From: Thermoplasmata archaeon
Lineage (GTDB): Archaea; Thermoplasmatota; Thermoplasmata; Thermoplasmatales; GCA-001856825
Assembly: GCA_023256615.1 (NCBI GenBank)
Contig: JAGDXO010000034.1
Span: forward strand, 3,310 to 67,309
Length of the DNA: 64,000 nt
Reading direction: 5' to 3'
The translations under genes were made by a program, and so were the position numbers. The notes under the pieces were generated by a model, which was not told the origin of the DNA, did not search any database, and was given only the letters and a program-made list of their open reading frames with translations. Shown in pieces: positions 8,447 through 17,939 of this stretch (the first letter of the stretch is position 1; each line of letters begins with the position of its first letter).

Positions 8447-10300
8447 ATGTACGGAGTAAATGGGAAGGTTCTGTGGGTAAATCTCAATGAGGGGACTTTC
8501 GAAGAGGAGGAAGTTCCTGAAAAAATTTACAGGGAATATTTGAGTGGTTATGGATTTGGGTCATACTTTCTCAACAGGGAGATGAAAGGTGGGGAAGATG
8601 CACTTGGTCCGGATAATATTCTGGGAGTGGTGACAGGGATATTCAACAGTCACGGCGTTCCTCTTGGCGGAAGATTCGAAGTTGTTGCAAAATCACCTTT
8701 GACAAACACATGGGGGGATGCCAACTGTGGAGGCAAATTTGGCCCTGAGTTAAAGAATAGTGGATTTGATGCGGTATTTTTTAGAGGTGTTTCAAATAGG
8801 CCCGTTTACCTTAGGATAAATGACGGCAAATATTCACTCGAGGATGCATCAGAGCTCTGGGGAAAAAATGCCTATGAAACTGAAGATTCTTTAAAGAAAA
8901 TAGAGCCCAAGGGTCAGGCACTTGTTATAGGGGTACCGGGAGAGAAGAAGATGTTAATGGCATCAATAATGAATGATTATGGAAGGGCTGCAGGGAGATC
9001 TGGTCTTGGAGCTGTGATGGGCTCCAAAAAAATTAAGGGTATAATCGTCAGGGGTACCAAGAAATTCGATGTCTTCAACAGGGATATGCTAATTTCCCTT
9101 TTGAAAGAAATACAGATAAATTTCAACAAGAATATTGATCTTGCAAGACCATGGCAGCTCTATGGTACCACGGCGATAACGGAGTCTTCACACCTGAATG
9201 GTGATACCCCAATCAAGAACTGGAAGGGAGTCGGTATTAGGGATTATGGGGAAGAAAGTGCCAGGAATATAAGTGGGGAAGAGATTGCAAAGGACAAAAT
9301 CAGGTCCTATGGTTGTGCACAGTGCACTCTTGCCTGCGGTGGCCATGTCAAGAGAAATACAAAATACGGACCACTGGAAGGCCACAGGTTAGAGTATGAA
9401 GGCACAGGAGCCTTTGGAGGTTTGAACCTGAATAAGGACCTGGATGCAATGGCAATGTCCTTCGAAATTTGCAACAGGGAAGGTTTGGACATAATCTCCA
9501 CAGGAGCGGTCATCGCCTTCGCAAATGAATGCTATGAGGAAGGCCTCATAACAGAGAAGGATGTGGGATTTCCAATAGGTTTCGGTAATTCGGATGGAAT
9601 GGTAAAACTGGTCAACCTTATTGCAAAAGGGGAGGGCTTCGGAAAGATACTTTCTGATGGCGCAAAGAGAGCATCAGAAATAATAGGGAAGGGGAGTGAA
9701 AAATTCGCTATGCACGTAGGTGGTCAGGATCTTGCAATGCATGATCCAAGATTGATGCCTTCTCTTGCAACCACATACATCGCCGACCCCACTCCTGGAA
9801 GACATACCGCAGGAGGACTCGGCTTTGATGAGGGCGGGAATATGACACTTCCATTTGAATATAATGTTGGGAACAGGAAGATTGAAAGATACAAGTATTC
9901 GGGGAAGGGAAAACTTCAGGCTCTTTCCTCATATGGAACCCAGATCATAAATTCCACAGGAATGTGTTTGTTCTCCACGTCTGTCTGGCCAAATTCTTAT
10001 CCTTACACTAAACTATTCAAAGCCATAATGGGATGGGATATGGACAGTGAGGAACTGGTCAGAATAGGAAAGAGGATTCAGGTAAGCAGATACCTTTTCA
10101 ATTATAAACAGAAAGTTAATGTCTGGAACATAAAACCCCCAGGAAGGATGGTAGGTCAGCCTCCACTGGACGATGGACCAACTGCAGGAATTATCGTCGA
10201 TTATGAAACAATGGTCAGTGAATATCTGGAAGAGGTGGGGATTGACAGAGATGGAAAACCCAATGATAATGTCCTGAAGGAACTGGACATAAAAGTTTAG
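8447..10300 (+). CDS. aor: aldehyde:ferredoxin oxidoreductase family (tungstopterin enzyme)
   Basis: N-terminal GKVLWVNLNEG...YLSGYGFGSYFL, ~617 aa, and AOR-family middle and C-terminal domains. The subfamily (AOR/FOR/WOR) cannot be resolved by eye. Confidence 0.85.
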   Translation: MYGVNGKVLWVNLNEGTFEEEEVPEKIYREYLSGYGFGSYFLNREMKGGEDALGPDNILGVVTGIFNSHGVPLGGRFEVVAKSPLTNTWGDANCGGKFGPELKNSGFDAVFFRGVSNRPVYLRINDGKYSLEDASELWGKNAYETEDSLKKIEPKGQALVIGVPGEKKMLMASIMNDYGRAAGRSGLGAVMGSKKIKGIIVRGTKKFDVFNRDMLISLLKEIQINFNKNIDLARPWQLYGTTAITESSHLNGDTPIKNWKGVGIRDYGEESARNISGEEIAKDKIRSYGCAQCTLACGGHVKRNTKYGPLEGHRLEYEGTGAFGGLNLNKDLDAMAMSFEICNREGLDIISTGAVIAFANECYEEGLITEKDVGFPIGFGNSDGMVKLVNLIAKGEGFGKILSDGAKRASEIIGKGSEKFAMHVGGQDLAMHDPRLMPSLATTYIADPTPGRHTAGGLGFDEGGNMTLPFEYNVGNRKIERYKYSGKGKLQALSSYGTQIINSTGMCLFSTSVWPNSYPYTKLFKAIMGWDMDSEELVRIGKRIQVSRYLFNYKQKVNVWNIKPPGRMVGQPPLDDGPTAGIIVDYETMVSEYLEEVGIDRDGKPNDNVLKELDIKV

Positions 10301-11082
10301 AGAAACAGTTCAGGTTTGTCCTTCACGTCCGTGTATCTGAATATTGGTCCGTCCTCACAAACATAATACTCCCCAACATTACAGTGCCCACACACTCCTA
10401 TGCCACACTCCATCCGTCTCTCAAGTGACAGGAATATGTTTTCTTCTCTAATTCCTGACTTTATGGCTTCTGCAACTGAATTTTTCATCATCAATGGAGG
10501 CCCTATTATGAAGATGGCTGTATCCTTGGAAAAATTTTTCCTTCCAATGAATTCTGTGACGAAACCAGTATTCCCTCCCCATTTTTCATCTCCTCTATCC
10601 ACAGTTATTGTAAGGTCTACACACCTGGACCATTCTTCAAACCTGTCTTTATATACCAGGTCGGAAGGTGTTCTTGCTCCATAAATAATTGAGACATCTC
10701 TGTTCCTCCCGGCATCCATTAGCTCTTCAAGGAGGCTTCTTATGGGTGGAACCCCTATTCCTCCTGCAACTGCAACTATGTGGTCATAATCCTTCCACGG
10801 CCAACCTTTACCGTATGGCCCCCTTACTCCTATTTTTTGTGACGAATAAATTTTCCCAGTCACTGAACCTATCTTCCTTATAGTGAATGATAAGTCCCTA
10901 CCATTACCGGAAGCTACTGAAATGGCAGCCTCACCTGTACCAGGAACAGATAGCATAAAGAACTGGCCAGAATGCCCTGGATTCTTAGTTTTTATGTTTA
11001 TGGTATATATATCAGGAGTTTCCCATTTAACATTCTCTATGTTATAATATTCCGGCAGGTATTCATTCTTTTGAATAATCAT
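10297..11082 (-). CDS. FAD/NAD(P)-binding, 2Fe-2S oxidoreductase subunit (HydG/AsrB/PyrK-like)
   Basis: Ferredoxin-reductase-type fold signatures (FTIRKIG, GGIGVPPIRSL) and a C-terminal CGIGVCGHC...C cluster motif. Confidence 0.75.
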   Translation of the reverse strand: MIIQKNEYLPEYYNIENVKWETPDIYTINIKTKNPGHSGQFFMLSVPGTGEAAISVASGNGRDLSFTIRKIGSVTGKIYSSQKIGVRGPYGKGWPWKDYDHIVAVAGGIGVPPIRSLLEELMDAGRNRDVSIIYGARTPSDLVYKDRFEEWSRCVDLTITVDRGDEKWGGNTGFVTEFIGRKNFSKDTAIFIIGPPLMMKNSVAEAIKSGIREENIFLSLERRMECGIGVCGHCNVGEYYVCEDGPIFRYTDVKDKPELFL

Positions 11083-11980
11083 GTGTTATGACCTCCTTAA
11101 TGTCTATATCAACAGGACAATCCTCAGTACACCTATTGCACCCTGTACATAAATAAACATCTTTTGATTTTTTGTAATAGACGTATTTATGGTAGAATCT
11201 CTGCCTGAGTCTTTCGTCAAGTTCAGGCCTATTATTGCCGGCACTGGATGAAGTGAATCCCGCGAGAATGCATGAATCCCATTCCCTTAATCTCTCATCT
11301 TCCCTGTCATAAAGATCGAAACAATAGCATGTGGGGCATGAGAAATTACAAGCCCCGCATGATATGCATATGGACGCATACTCTTTCCATAATTTGGAAT
11401 TCCACTTGATTCTATTCTCTATTCCTTCCACCGGTAACTTTTCCATTTTATTATCAAAATCCTTCCTGAATTTCTCTATCTCATTATTTTCTACGACCTT
11501 GAAATCTTTCATGTATTTTTCGAATTCCTCTGACACCATTACAAGATATTTTCCTCCATCCGGTATTACCTGGATCTGGTATTCTTCAAGAACAGGCCCT
11601 CCGAATGAAGAACAAAAACCACCTTCACAGGGTTCCCTGCAAACGAAATTTATGAATAGTGTGTTGTCCCTTCTTGCGGTGTAAAATGGATCTTTACCGT
11701 ATATCTGCCTGTCCATTATATAAAATCCCTTAAGGTCGCAACTCCTGATACCAAATACCGCTTTTTTTTCTATTTTTGGTAAATAAAGAATATTTTCATT
11801 CCTTGAAATAAGGAATTCCTTCGGCGCGTATTTACTTCTCCCATCAACAATATCCTTAAAGCCCCTTACTTGCCCAAAAACTATTTCTCCCTGTTCTGAA
11901 ATAGTCCCGTATGTATCGTATTCCTCTGAAATACTCTTAAAGAGTTTAGCCATATCTTTTTCATCCAGAAGATAGATCAA
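11063..11980 (-). CDS. 4Fe-4S dicluster electron-transfer subunit (HydB/AsrA-like)
   Basis: Two ferredoxin-type motifs, CISCGACNFSCPTCYC and CTGCNRCTEDCP. The layout matches the sulfhydrogenase beta / AsrA family. It overlaps the downstream gamma gene by 20 nt. Confidence 0.7.
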   Translation of the reverse strand: MIYLLDEKDMAKLFKSISEEYDTYGTISEQGEIVFGQVRGFKDIVDGRSKYAPKEFLISRNENILYLPKIEKKAVFGIRSCDLKGFYIMDRQIYGKDPFYTARRDNTLFINFVCREPCEGGFCSSFGGPVLEEYQIQVIPDGGKYLVMVSEEFEKYMKDFKVVENNEIEKFRKDFDNKMEKLPVEGIENRIKWNSKLWKEYASICISCGACNFSCPTCYCFDLYDREDERLREWDSCILAGFTSSSAGNNRPELDERLRQRFYHKYVYYKKSKDVYLCTGCNRCTEDCPVDIDIKEVITHDYSKE

Positions 11981-14067
11981 GGTATCACCTTCACAGCCAC
12001 TACCTTGAATTCAGGTATTTTAGAGATAGGGTCATAGTTTTCCCCAACGAGCTCGTTCACTCTTGCCTCGACAAAATGGAATGGTACGAACACGATTCCT
12101 GATGGTATTTTATCTGTGATCCTTGCCTTAATCTTTATTGAGCCATGCCTTGATTCCAGCGTAATGACCTGACCGTTCCTTATCTTCAGCATCATTGCAT
12201 CATCGTTATTTATTTCCACATATGGTTCAGGGGATTCCCTTTCAAGTATATCCGTCCTTCTGGTCATTGTGCCCGAGTGCCAGTGATAATAATTTCTACC
12301 TGTGGTCATTATGAACCTGTAGTCATCATCTGCCCTTTCTGCAGGATATCCGAAAGGTACAGGTATCAGTTTCCCCCTGCCTATTGGAAATGATTTGGAA
12401 TGCATTATCTCTGTTCCTTCAGGAAAATCCTTGTTAATCGGCCACTGTTTTCCAATCGGGAATATGTTGTCATATGATGCACCTGAATAATTGTATATCA
12501 CTTTTCTGATTTCGTCGAATATCATCTCAGGCGATGAATAATCTTCCATGCCAAGTAGCATCTTCCCGAATTCCTTGAGAATCCACCAATCGGGTTTTGC
12601 TTCACCGGGAGGTTTGTAGATTGGGCTGATTTTCTGGATCCTTCTTTCAGTATTGGTAAATGTACCCTCTTTCTCGAGTGATGAAGCAGCAGGAAATACA
12701 ACATGGGCTTTCGCGGCCGTTAGTGTCAGGAATATATCCTGCACTATGAAAAGCTCAAGGTTGTTTATGCCTTCCTCAACCTTAGATACAGAAGCCTCAG
12801 TGATGAGGGGATTCTCTCCCATGAGATAAATGGCCTTTATTTTACCATCTGCAGCGGCATCAAACATCTCTGATAATGTAAGACCCCTGTTCCTGGGCAT
12901 CTTTTTCCCCCATAATTCTTCGAATTTCTTAACGTTATCAGAATCATATCTCACATATCCCGGATAGAATTCTGAAAGTGCGCCCATATCAGATGAACCC
13001 TGCACATTATTCTGCCCTCTTAATGGAAAAATGCCAGATCCCCTGACTCCAATATTTCCAGTTATAAGGGCAAGATTGGATACGTCCATAACATTTTCAG
13101 TACCGTGAATGTGCTGTGTTATCCCCATTGCGTAGAATATTGCAGCAGGTCTTTCCTTCGCAATCATCATTGCAGCTTCTTCCACCAGAGAGGGATTCAC
13201 CCCAGTTATTTCTTCAGTAACCTCAGGAGGATATTTTTCTATTTCTTTCCTGAATTCTTCAAATCCCTGAGTTCTGCTGTTAATAAAATCATTATCCTGC
13301 CAGTTATTCTTGAGGATTACGAACATTATTGAGTTCAGGAGTGCAATGTCCGATCCTGGTTTGAACTGAAGGAAAACGTTAGCGGATGTGGAAAGCTGTA
13401 TCTTTCTGGGATCTGCCACGATGAGATTTTTCCCTTTCTTCCTCTCCCTTAGGATTTTGGCTCCTATGATCGGATGCTGTTCTGTTGTATTTGTCCCTAT
13501 GATGAAGAATGTTCTTGTGTCTTCAAGACTCCCGATTGATCCCGTTGCGGCTCCCGCGCCAATTGTATTTATAAGCCCGAGTGCAGTTGGACTGTGACAG
13601 CTCCTTGCACAGTGATCAATGTTGTTTGTTCCAGCCATTCGGGCAATTTTCTGCATCAGGTAATTTTCCTCATTCGTGCATTTTGCTGATGATTGGAATG
13701 CAACAGAGTCGGGTCCGTATTTGCTGATTATTTCCCTCATCCTGGATGCAGAATAATTGAGAGCTTCATTCCAGTCTGCATTCCTGAATGAATCTCCCTC
13801 CCTTATCATAGGCTTAATCAATCTTTCCTTGGAGAAATTATAACTCAATCCGCTGTATCCCTTTATGCACAACTTTCCTTCATTTACCGGCGAAAGGGAA
13901 TACCCGATAATATGTTGAGATGATCCATACTCATTTATAACAATCTGGCAACCCGTCCCGCAATATGGACAGACGGTTATTGTTCCCACAGATCCATATG
14001 GAAAAAAATTATAAAAGAATTGTCTAATAGCACCCCAATATTTTTCTTGCTTCCTCAAGGTCATCAT
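11977..14067 (-). CDS. fdhA: formate dehydrogenase alpha-type molybdo/tungstopterin (bis-MGD) oxidoreductase, Cys form
   Basis: N-terminal CPYCGTGC...C Fe-S motif and the HCARSCHSP active-site region (Cys where Sec-type FDHs carry U). 696 aa with an uninterrupted frame. The start is ambiguous, with a 44-nt overlap onto mobA. Confidence 0.8.
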   Translation of the reverse strand: MMTLRKQEKYWGAIRQFFYNFFPYGSVGTITVCPYCGTGCQIVINEYGSSQHIIGYSLSPVNEGKLCIKGYSGLSYNFSKERLIKPMIREGDSFRNADWNEALNYSASRMREIISKYGPDSVAFQSSAKCTNEENYLMQKIARMAGTNNIDHCARSCHSPTALGLINTIGAGAATGSIGSLEDTRTFFIIGTNTTEQHPIIGAKILRERKKGKNLIVADPRKIQLSTSANVFLQFKPGSDIALLNSIMFVILKNNWQDNDFINSRTQGFEEFRKEIEKYPPEVTEEITGVNPSLVEEAAMMIAKERPAAIFYAMGITQHIHGTENVMDVSNLALITGNIGVRGSGIFPLRGQNNVQGSSDMGALSEFYPGYVRYDSDNVKKFEELWGKKMPRNRGLTLSEMFDAAADGKIKAIYLMGENPLITEASVSKVEEGINNLELFIVQDIFLTLTAAKAHVVFPAASSLEKEGTFTNTERRIQKISPIYKPPGEAKPDWWILKEFGKMLLGMEDYSSPEMIFDEIRKVIYNYSGASYDNIFPIGKQWPINKDFPEGTEIMHSKSFPIGRGKLIPVPFGYPAERADDDYRFIMTTGRNYYHWHSGTMTRRTDILERESPEPYVEINNDDAMMLKIRNGQVITLESRHGSIKIKARITDKIPSGIVFVPFHFVEARVNELVGENYDPISKIPEFKVVAVKVIP

Positions 14068-14572
14068 AAGTATTGATGCTCTTCAGGCCCTGAGAAAGAT
14101 CACCAGCATTAATAAGCATAAACCTTCTTGATATGAAGGGATAAATTGATTTGGAAATGGATGAGTATTCTTTTAATTCTTTAATTATGGTCTTGTTGTA
14201 TATTGCAAAAAGTGGCTCTATTATTCCTTCACTTGATATTAATGCTGCCGGTTTGCCTACATATTCATCCAAAAGCAAATTAATCAGAGGTGAGGTTATG
14301 AAGGGCATGTCACCGCCAACAGCGAGAAAATTATTGTATTCGTCTATTGCTGCAATCAAAGAGTCAATCAAGACTCCTTTGCTGTAATCATTTACAATAT
14401 CGCAAAAATCGCATTTTAGCGAAGTATCCTTGCTATATATTATGACCTCATCAAATTTTTTGCTTTCCAAAAGTGCCCCGCATACCATCTGTATCATTTT
14501 CTTTCCGCATATGTTAAGATTATGCTTTCCTGGTAGACGCTGGCTTCTTTTCACAAAGATAATTGCCATCAT
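14024..14572 (-). CDS. mobA: MobA-like molybdenum cofactor nucleotidyltransferase
   Basis: NTP_transf_3-like pattern (AIIFVKRSQRLPGK...L, VGGDMPFI). The MM start at 14572 overlaps the moeB stop (ATGATGA). Confidence 0.65.
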   Translation of the reverse strand: MMAIIFVKRSQRLPGKHNLNICGKKMIQMVCGALLESKKFDEVIIYSKDTSLKCDFCDIVNDYSKGVLIDSLIAAIDEYNNFLAVGGDMPFITSPLINLLLDEYVGKPAALISSEGIIEPLFAIYNKTIIKELKEYSSISKSIYPFISRRFMLINAGDLSQGLKSINTYDDLEEARKILGCY

Positions 14573-15297
14573 CTCTTCACACCACATACCTGGCATTCAG
14601 GATTAATATCAAGATACATTTTTTGCAGCGATTGATTCCAGGCATCAATAAATATGAGCTCTCCATTTACTTCCATTCCCAGAATTATTTTAAGCGCTAG
14701 GGTAGATGCAAATGAGGAGACTGTGTGAACAGCTGATGGTAAAACCCCAGTCTGACTGCACGGTATTGATTCACCTTTGAGAGGATAGCCTATGCAAGCG
14801 AGACATGAAGTTCTTCTGGGAATTACAGCCTTCACATAGCCATAGTATCCTTCGACTGCGGAAAATACCCACGGTATTTCCAACCTGATGGAATATTCAT
14901 TGATGATTCCCCTCGAGCCGTAATTATCAGTTCCATCCATGATCACATTATTCCCTGCAAGGTAATCCCTCGCATTGATATGATCCAGTCTCTTATTTAC
15001 AGCGACTATCTCCACATCAGAATTTATAGCTTCCAAGTGGTTTTTCGCAGCAATGACCTTTTCCATTCCAATGTCATCTTCATCGTAAAGAGATTGCCTG
15101 TTGAGATTCGAGATTTCAACCTTATCATCATCCACGATAGTTACCTTTCCCACCCCCATCCTGACAAGCATTTCCGCTATTGCGGAACCAGTACCGCCAA
15201 CCCCTATAACTATGATGGAAGATTCTGATATTATTTTCTGTCCCTTTGGAAATATGTCCTTGAGAACAATCTGGGAAAGGTAGCGGTTGATATCCAT
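14569..15297 (-). CDS. moeB: ThiF/MoeB/UbaA-type E1-like adenylyltransferase
   Basis: GVGGTGSAIAEML..VDDD.VE.SNLNRQ nucleotide-binding motif and two CxxC pairs (CLAC, CQVC). 242 aa with no rhodanese domain. Confidence 0.85.
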   Translation of the reverse strand: MDINRYLSQIVLKDIFPKGQKIISESSIIVIGVGGTGSAIAEMLVRMGVGKVTIVDDDKVEISNLNRQSLYDEDDIGMEKVIAAKNHLEAINSDVEIVAVNKRLDHINARDYLAGNNVIMDGTDNYGSRGIINEYSIRLEIPWVFSAVEGYYGYVKAVIPRRTSCLACIGYPLKGESIPCSQTGVLPSAVHTVSSFASTLALKIILGMEVNGELIFIDAWNQSLQKMYLDINPECQVCGVKR

Positions 15298-15326
15298 AAT
15301 ACGTCAATATAATTATATTAAATATA

Positions 15327-15569
15327 TTATCCTCCGCTTACAGGAGGAAAAAGGGATATGGTATCTCCGTCCTTTATCTCAGTCTTTAAATCCTTCACAA
15401 ATCTACCATTTAAAGCAATCAGGTTGATCTGCTCCTTTCCAATCTTTGGATATATCTTGCCTATCTTCTCTATTATTTCCTGAAGAGTTATTTTGTCAAA
15501 TTCAAATTCATCCTGCATCTTTCCGGTAAATTCTCTGTATTTAGCATAATATTTCACCGTGACTTTCAT
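15327..15569 (-). CDS. moaD: MoaD/ThiS-family small sulfur carrier (ubiquitin-like, C-terminal GG)
   Basis: An 80-aa protein ending ...DGDTISLFPPVSGG. It lies between moaA and moeB. Confidence 0.85.
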   Translation of the reverse strand: MKVTVKYYAKYREFTGKMQDEFEFDKITLQEIIEKIGKIYPKIGKEQINLIALNGRFVKDLKTEIKDGDTISLFPPVSGG

Positions 15570-15572
15570 GTT

Positions 15573-16478
15573 TCACCTCCAGTAAGGCTCCCTTGCTTTC
15601 ACTGCCTCTTCCATAATCTTCTCTATATTTTTTTCTCCTCTGAAACTGAATACCTGATCCTTCCTGTTGAGACAGGTCTGAAACTGACCCTTTGATGTTA
15701 CTCTTAGCCTAGTGCAGTTATTGCAGAAATCGGGATTCCTCATTGGCATCACAAGTTCAACTTCCACCTCCCTGCTTCCAAGATTAACCCTGTATTTTTT
15801 TCTGTGATGAAGTGAATTATAGGAAACACCTACAATTTTATCTTTCAGCCTTTTTTCTATATTCCTTAAGTCATAATGATATCTTCTGAAATCTTCTGTG
15901 TTTTCTCCATTCCTGTCTGTTTCATATTCTATGAACTGTAAAATTGCTCCCTTTTCAGCTGCGAACATCATCATTTCGTCTATCTCATCAGTATTCAGTC
16001 CATTCAGTACAACAAAATTGATCTTAACCGGTTTTAATCCCGCCTCCAGTGCTGCATCAATTCCTTTCTCAACAGATGATATGCCTTCATTTCCTGTGAT
16101 TATCCTGAATCTGTTTTTATGCAAGGAATGAAGTGATATGTTGATTCTGTCAAGTCCTGCTTCCTTGAGTGATTTGGCCCTTGATTCCAGAAAGAAACCG
16201 TTAGTGGTCAGCGATATGTCGCCTTTGATGTGTTTTCTAGTCCTTGTGATAATTTCCTCCAGGTCCCTGCGGATAAGTGGTTCCCCTCCCGTGAATTTTA
16301 TTCTGTTGACACCTTTGAGGGACGCTATCCTAACCACTTCCTCAATCTCTTCCGGAGAAAGATGTTCCGCGTTTTCCTCCGTCCCTTCCATATGACAGAA
16401 AAAACATTTGAAATTGCATACAGCATTCACCTGTATTCTCAGGCTGTTTAGGGGACGGCCATAGTTGTCAAATAACAT
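15573..16478 (-). CDS. moaA: GTP 3',8-cyclase MoaA (radical SAM)
   Basis: CNFKCFFCH radical-SAM motif near the N-terminus, GGEPL, and a C-terminal CNNC.RLRVTS..G...C auxiliary cluster region. Confidence 0.9.
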   Translation of the reverse strand: MLFDNYGRPLNSLRIQVNAVCNFKCFFCHMEGTEENAEHLSPEEIEEVVRIASLKGVNRIKFTGGEPLIRRDLEEIITRTRKHIKGDISLTTNGFFLESRAKSLKEAGLDRINISLHSLHKNRFRIITGNEGISSVEKGIDAALEAGLKPVKINFVVLNGLNTDEIDEMMMFAAEKGAILQFIEYETDRNGENTEDFRRYHYDLRNIEKRLKDKIVGVSYNSLHHRKKYRVNLGSREVEVELVMPMRNPDFCNNCTRLRVTSKGQFQTCLNRKDQVFSFRGEKNIEKIMEEAVKAREPYWR

Positions 16479-16531
16479 TAGTCATCTATCAAATATTCAT
16501 ATCAATACTTTATGATATTTCTTCAACAAAA

Positions 16532-16927
16532 TTAATGCCATTTCTTTGTTCCATCCTCGTAAACATCCTGTTTCCAGATGGGTACCCTATTTTTTATGCT
16601 GTCCACTATAAACATACAGCATTTGAATCCTTCTTCCCTGTGCTCAGAGAGAACAGATACGAACAAGGATTCCTCCCCCGGCCTAATGTCGCCAATCCTG
16701 TGAATAGCGGAAGCATCTATTATTTTGAAATTATTATTTGCCTCTTCCAGAATTTTTTTCAGTTCTACCTCGGCGAGATCTATTTCTGCCTCATAATGAA
16801 GGTATGCAATGTCTTTGCCGCTTTCTTTTTTCCTAACTATTCCTCTAAAAATTATTATTGCACCTGTATTTTCTCCATAATTGCCTATTTCTTCATCTAT
16901 ATTTCCAAACTGTATCTTTGCTTTCAT
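16532..16927 (-). CDS. moaE: molybdopterin synthase catalytic subunit MoaE
   Basis: 131 aa, with HR.G....GE..L.V.V...HR and a C-terminal PIWK...Y.DG..W pattern typical of MoaE. Confidence 0.8.
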   Translation of the reverse strand: MKAKIQFGNIDEEIGNYGENTGAIIIFRGIVRKKESGKDIAYLHYEAEIDLAEVELKKILEEANNNFKIIDASAIHRIGDIRPGEESLFVSVLSEHREEGFKCCMFIVDSIKNRVPIWKQDVYEDGTKKWH

Positions 16928-17018
16928 TTTATATCTAGAAAATGCAAATTCTATTAAAAATATAACTGATCTTGAGTGCTTTCAGCAACATATTTTAGGT
17001 AGATGCTACTTTTTAATT

Positions 17019-17936
17019 ATGAAATATATAAGTGAAGAGGAAGTCGCAAAAAATCTTGAAATGAAGGATGTAATTGACATCCTTGAAGAAGCCTTCATTG
17101 AGTATGGGAAGGGTAATGCGATTGCCGACTCCAGAATCAGGACTATGATGGATGGAAAAATTCTCAATTCTATGCCTGCAATATTTTCAAAATACAAGAT
17201 CGCTGGACTAAAGGTATATTTTGCCACCAAAACAGGAGCCAGATTTGTGGTTCTAGTTTTCAACACTGAAACCAACGATCTTGAGGCTATTCTGGAGGCT
17301 GACAAATTAGGTCAGATTAGAACAGGAGCTCTTACAGCCATGGTATCACGTAAAATAGTTAGAGAAAAATCTCCTGTTGTATCTATAATAGGTTCAGGTT
17401 ATCAGGCAGAAACTCAGTTGGAAGGTTTGCTATGCGTTTATGATCCTCAGAATGTCATCGTTTATTCCAAAAATTTAAAAAATGCCGAGATTTTTGCCAG
17501 CAAAATGTCTGCAAAATTTGGAATTGAGATTGATGTTGCCAAAACAGCGAAAGAGGCTGTTTCAGGTGCAAGAATAATAAATACAATAACCAGTTCCAAC
17601 TCCCCGATATTTTCCTTAAAAGAGCTGAGCGAGGAATTTCATGTAAATCTTGCAGGAGCCAATCTTCCTTTCAGGAGGGAAGTTGACAGAGATGTTTTGG
17701 AAGGTAGCGATATTATTATAGCGGAACATTTTGAGCAGGCTTTAAAAGAATCTGCAGAAATCACTGATTATTTTGCCTCCCACGGAAGGGAGAAAATAAT
17801 AGAACTCAAGGATTTTTTAGTTTCTGGAGGGGATTATAATATCAGAAGGAGCGTGTTCAAATCTATGGGCATAGGTATCGAAGACATAGCGTCTGCTTAC
17901 TTGGTCTTGAAAAATATGGGGCTATATTGGGATTGA
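17019..17936 (+). CDS. ornithine cyclodeaminase / mu-crystallin family NAD(P) enzyme (archaeal alanine dehydrogenase-like)
   Basis: OCD-family layout (LGQIRTGALTA, GSGYQAE). The first ATG at 17019 removes an N-terminal extension that would overlap moaE on the other strand. Confidence 0.75.
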   Translation: MKYISEEEVAKNLEMKDVIDILEEAFIEYGKGNAIADSRIRTMMDGKILNSMPAIFSKYKIAGLKVYFATKTGARFVVLVFNTETNDLEAILEADKLGQIRTGALTAMVSRKIVREKSPVVSIIGSGYQAETQLEGLLCVYDPQNVIVYSKNLKNAEIFASKMSAKFGIEIDVAKTAKEAVSGARIINTITSSNSPIFSLKELSEEFHVNLAGANLPFRREVDRDVLEGSDIIIAEHFEQALKESAEITDYFASHGREKIIELKDFLVSGGDYNIRRSVFKSMGIGIEDIASAYLVLKNMGLYWD

Positions 17937-17939
17937 TGC

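Noticed and set aside
11977-14067. Possible selenocysteine (in-frame TGA) in the FdhA-like gene
   Set aside because: The frame is uninterrupted. The position equivalent to Sec in Sec-type FDHs is a Cys codon (HCARSCHSP). This is a Cys-type enzyme, and no SECIS-type explanation is needed.
16535-16957. A 140-aa plus-strand ORF antisense to moaE, together with the N-terminal extension (16881-17018) of the OCD-family ORF
   Set aside because: It is a shadow ORF opposite a clearly homologous gene, and is hydrophobic and low-complexity. The OCD homologue aligns from the ATG at 17019.
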